The notes under the pieces were generated by a model. The model worked only from the letters and a program-made list of their open reading frames with translations, had not been told where the DNA came from and made no database searches. 64,000 nucleotides of DNA from Eubacteriales bacterium (GTDB lineage: Bacteria > Bacillota > Clostridia > Lachnospirales > Lachnospiraceae). The stretch lies in the NCBI GenBank assembly GCA_030537195.1, contig JAUNOK010000002.1:21632-85631 (forward strand), read 5' to 3'. This document shows, one piece after another, positions 60,418 through 64,000 of this stretch; the first letter of the stretch is position 1; each line of letters begins with the position of its first letter. The position numbers and the translations under genes were made by a program.

Positions 60418-61125
60418 TTAGTTAGGCCGTCCAAGATAAAATCCCTGAACAAGGTCTATTCCATTGTCTCTTAAAAATTCATATTCTTCTCTTGTTTCCA
60501 CACCTTCAGCTAATACTTTTATGCCTCTTTTATGAAAACTGTCTCTATAATAGAAATAATACTCCTGTTTATCAACATCATCTTCAATATCTCTTATAAG
60601 GCTTCTGTCCAGCTTAACAATATGTGGTGCAAATATATCAACTGCCATCATGTTATTATTGCCTGTTCCAAAATCATCAAGTGCAATATTGAATCTGCTT
60701 CTGTTAATTGTATTCTTCTTGGACTGCCATTTATCAATATCAAGAGCTGTATACTCAAGTATCTCAATTATCCCTTTATCACCAAGAACATCAGCATAAA
60801 ATTCATCAAAAATTGCCTGTTCCTCATCCGAAAAAGATTCCGCAGGGAATGAATTAATTGCTATATATGAATGATATCCACGCTTTGCATAGCACTGTAC
60901 TGCTCCAAATATCGTTGCAACTTCAAGTGTATGTAAATCATCCTTTGCACGAAATTCTTCTATTAAATCAGTCACTGATATATTCTTTGGTCTCATTAAA
61001 GCTTCATGCGCATATATCTCCTTACCATCTGGAAAGAAAATAGGCTGAAATGCATAGCTTATTTCTAACTTTGCAAGCTTGTCTTTAATCTCTTCATCAA
61101 GCGGAAAAATGCTGTAATCAACCAT
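60418..61125 (-). CDS. Stand-alone EAL-domain c-di-GMP phosphodiesterase
   Basis: YAHEALMRP and LDDFGTGNNNM motifs. Confidence 0.8.
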   Translation of the reverse strand: MVDYSIFPLDEEIKDKLAKLEISYAFQPIFFPDGKEIYAHEALMRPKNISVTDLIEEFRAKDDLHTLEVATIFGAVQCYAKRGYHSYIAINSFPAESFSDEEQAIFDEFYADVLGDKGIIEILEYTALDIDKWQSKKNTINRSRFNIALDDFGTGNNNMMAVDIFAPHIVKLDRSLIRDIEDDVDKQEYYFYYRDSFHKRGIKVLAEGVETREEYEFLRDNGIDLVQGFYLGRPN

Positions 61126-61220
61126 ACTTTTATTAAAACCCTCTCATCTAGTTTACAAAACATACCTAAAAGATTTTACAGCTTTGTTACATTCTTTGCA
61201 ACTGTTATATTCGGTCATAT

Positions 61221-62624
61221 TCATTCAAACTGCTTCAAATCTATCAGCTTATTACAGGCCTCCCTGAACTTATTAATAACGATATCAGAATAGCTTATAA
61301 CGAATCTGTGGCTGATACTTTCTGCTTTATTGTGATAATATTCTGATAACGCATTGATATGGATACCTTCTGCTTCAAGTTTCTGCTTTACTTCCTGGTC
61401 AGTATATTCCGTGTTTAACTCAAGGATAAAATGTAATCCTGAATCAGCTTCATTAACTTTTCCAACACATTTATACTTATCTTCTTTAAGGACAGATAAA
61501 ACTTCTTCTCTCTGTTTCATATAATAATGTCTCATTCTGTTAAGATGTTTTTCAAAATATCCTTCTTCAATAAATGATGCCAATGTATACTGTTCAAAAT
61601 TAGAAACCGTACATGCATAGAAATTAAGTTTTTCATGGTAAAGCGCTGCAAGATGCGGAGGTAACACCATATAACTGATTCGGATTGTTGGTGTCAGTGT
61701 TCTTGAAAATGTATTCATATATATAACCTTTTCGCTTATATCTATGCTCTTCATTGTTGGAATTGTCTTTCCTGTCATACGGAATTCCGAATCATAATCA
61801 TCTTCAATAATATATCTGTCAGACTGTTCATTAGCCCATGCAAGAAGTTCAAAACGTCTGCTTACTGGCATAGTTATTCCTGTAGGATAATGATGTGTAG
61901 GACTTATATGTACAATATCAGCATTACATTGTCTCACTGCATCAGGCTTAATTCCTTCATCATCCATATCTGCATAACAACATTTTACATTGTTGCTTGC
62001 ATATATTCGTGCTATCTTGGAATACCCCGGGTCCTCAACACAATATACCTTATCCCTGCCAAGAAGCTGGATAAGAAGACTGTACATATATTCTGTTCCG
62101 GCACCTACAACAATCTGTTCTGGCATAACCTGCATATCACGGAATGATGCCAGATGATTAGCTATTGCGCGTCTTAATTCATATGTTCCTTCACTGGGTG
62201 ATATCTTCATAAGTGCTTCCTTCTTATCAGTTATCACTCTACGCATAAGTTTTGCCCATGTTGCAAATGGAAAACTGTCCGGATCAGTCCTGTTTGACGA
62301 CAGATCTGATTCATACTTAGTCTGCTCTTTAACTATAATTCTTGGTATTTCATGCTTTACCGGCTTTATTTTCGCCACACCGGAAATATCTGCAACATAA
62401 TACCCTTTCTTGGGAACAGAGTATATATATCCTTCGCTCATAAGCTGGCCATATGAGTTTTCCACTGTTATCGTACTTATTCCCAGATTGACAGCAAGTG
62501 TACGTTTTGATGGAAGATGCTCACCTGTGGCGAGTTTTCCTTCAATTATATCTTTCTTGATGCATTTGTATAAATATTCATATATAGATTCTTTTCCTAT
62601 ATTTTCAAATGAGTATGTTAACAT
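61221..62624 (-). CDS. MocR/PdxR-type regulator (GntR HTH fused to aminotransferase class I/II domain)
   Basis: LPSKRTLAVNLGISTITVENSY HTH, then a PLP fold-type I domain. Confidence 0.85.
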   Translation of the reverse strand: MLTYSFENIGKESIYEYLYKCIKKDIIEGKLATGEHLPSKRTLAVNLGISTITVENSYGQLMSEGYIYSVPKKGYYVADISGVAKIKPVKHEIPRIIVKEQTKYESDLSSNRTDPDSFPFATWAKLMRRVITDKKEALMKISPSEGTYELRRAIANHLASFRDMQVMPEQIVVGAGTEYMYSLLIQLLGRDKVYCVEDPGYSKIARIYASNNVKCCYADMDDEGIKPDAVRQCNADIVHISPTHHYPTGITMPVSRRFELLAWANEQSDRYIIEDDYDSEFRMTGKTIPTMKSIDISEKVIYMNTFSRTLTPTIRISYMVLPPHLAALYHEKLNFYACTVSNFEQYTLASFIEEGYFEKHLNRMRHYYMKQREEVLSVLKEDKYKCVGKVNEADSGLHFILELNTEYTDQEVKQKLEAEGIHINALSEYYHNKAESISHRFVISYSDIVINKFREACNKLIDLKQFE

Positions 62625-62731
62625 AATCTGACCTTATACCTTTATCGTATATCTTTCTTGATATTAATGTCAGATATTATAACATACGTTATATTTTGTG
62701 ACAATCTGTCAACAATTATATTATTAATATA

Positions 62732-63649
62732 TTACAGACTCCAGTTAGCAGCTGTAAGCTGAGTCTTTACCATAGCTGCATATATTCCGGATTTTTCCAT
62801 AAGTTCTGATGGGGTACCGGTTTCGGCTACTTTGCCTTCTTTTAGCACTACTATCTTGTCGGCGTCTGCTACTGTTCTCATTCTGTGGGCTATTATCATT
62901 ACTGTCTTATTCATCACAATGTGCCAATTTTGCTGCTGCTATAACTTCTTCGTCTGTCGCATCCATTTTTCCTATCCTGATGTTCTCCATAACTGTATTG
63001 TTATACAGTGTAACATCCTGAAATACAAGAGAATAAAGTGACATCATTGTTTCAGAATCAATCTTTGATATATCCATTCCACCAACTGTTATCTTTCCCT
63101 TATCAGCATCCCAGAAACGTGCTGCAAGTCGTGAAATTGTTGTCTTACCACCTCCTGATGGTCCGATGAGTGCTGTTACCTCTCCCTGTTTTGCAGTAAA
63201 AGACACATCTTTTAATACATCATCGCCTGTATCATATGAGAATCCAACATTAGAAAACTCTATATCGTAGCCCTTGTTATCAAGCTTCTCAGCAAGCCCT
63301 TTCATATACTCTTCCTGAGTATTATATGCCTGAATGTCTCTTACACTTTCGAGGCACTTCTGAAGGCTGACAGATGTGAGCACATCAATGCACCTATGTA
63401 TATAAGCATTGCTCCTATTGCAAATGCAACGGCACTCCAGCCATATACTGACAGGTTCTGCGCATTGACATAATCAGGTGCAACATGAAGCACCTCTTTA
63501 ATCAATCTCCATATAAAATAAAATGGTACAAGTGCAACGAAAGCACTTATCGCAGCAAGTACCCATGACGCAATTGTCAGATACCTGTAATTACCAGCAT
63601 ATTCAAACAACTGCTTAATTGTATCTGGCTTTTCATCTTTCTTTGCCAT
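62732..63649 (-). pseudogene. Fragmented ABC exporter (fused TMD-NBD type): N-terminal TM fragment, NBD and C-terminal tail in three frames
   Basis: 63649..63341 covers TM1-2 only. 63383..62907 is the NBD (GPSGGGKTT, frame-shifted). 62917..62732 is the C-terminus. Together they span ~0.9 kb versus ~1.7 kb expected. Confidence 0.6.
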
Positions 63650-63831
63650 AATAATCCTCCTTGCTTTACTGCTTTGTTATACAACACTATTCAGAGTAAG
63701 GCATCACTGACTTCTACTTTTAAATAAAGGCTGCCATTTCTGACAACCATATATTTTTTGTATATTATCTTTAAAATTCTATGTCAATATTTCACATTTC
63801 AAAACGCGATTATTGATATTTATTATCATTA

Positions 63832-64000
63832 GTCGTTGTATTTTGCCTTATTTTTTCTGTTACACCAGATATAGAATACCACATTTAACACAATTCCGAA
63901 AATAGTTGCCACTGGCGCAGCTAAACCAATCTTAGTAAGACTCGCATCTGGCTGGATACTCATAAAGTACGCAAATGGCAGACGGACAAGCAATGTCTGT
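63832..64000 (-). CDS. 3' end of a membrane protein gene (partial at the window edge)
   Basis: Open frame ...LLVRLPFAYFMSIQPDASLTKIGLAAPVATIFGIVLNVVFYIWCNRKNKAKYND ends at TAA (63829-63831 complement). Confidence 0.3.

Noticed and set aside
1-64000. rRNA, tRNA, integrase, transposase, prophage structural genes
   Set aside because: None recognised by eye on either strand. The TraX-like gene is isolated, without other conjugation genes.

Overview
This 64-kb window is chromosomal DNA from a low-GC Gram-positive anaerobe. It is clearly a Clostridia-type Firmicute, and the gene content (DUF6273, DUF3990/DUF3791, FeoA-FeoB fusion, MOFRL glycerate kinase, DegV, two MATE pumps) suggests a gut Lachnospiraceae-like organism; that last point is inference. 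Most of the window is housekeeping or metabolic: cls (5' partial), a PPase-Nudix fusion, DegV, an ECF sigma/anti-sigma pair, a thiE-HAD fusion, mnmA-nifS, metY, gltS, alr, a CdaR-GntP-glycerate kinase cluster, rhomboid, a GH25-SH3b muramidase, bcp-MTase-GNAT-MATE, TauE, a PNPOx-like protein, a nitrilase-family hydrolase, TraX-like and GGDEF proteins, GDT1 and CaCA cation transporters, DUF1846, an amidohydrolase, ldhA, feoAB, a complete ribose operon rbsR-D-A-C-B-K, a phosphodiester glycosidase, a DUF3990/DUF3791 pair, an EAL protein and a MocR regulator. Three things stand out. (1) An ~8.4-kb co-directional accessory cassette (30.9-37.4 kb) is bounded on both sides by unusually long ORF-free DNA. 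It encodes an RHH regulator, a multi-zinc-ribbon/SPFH protein (YdjI/COG4260-like), a 4-TM partner with a decayed tandem partial duplicate, a small CAP12/PycTIR-type TIR-like protein, and a 791-aa zinc-ribbon-TPR-TIR-coiled-coil-DUF6273 protein. I read this as a candidate undescribed TIR-based (NADase-type) antiphage or abortive-infection system. (2) A ~510-bp near-palindromic intergenic element (1317-1827) is predicted to fold into one giant imperfect hairpin. (3) There are several decayed or odd loci: a gltP-like symporter with an in-frame TAA at codon 4, a fragmented ABC exporter, TraX and GGDEF ORFs that overlap by 149 nt, and a duplicated 26-nt motif with hairpins at ~60.1 kb. I recognised no rRNA, tRNA, CRISPR array, integrase or transposase.
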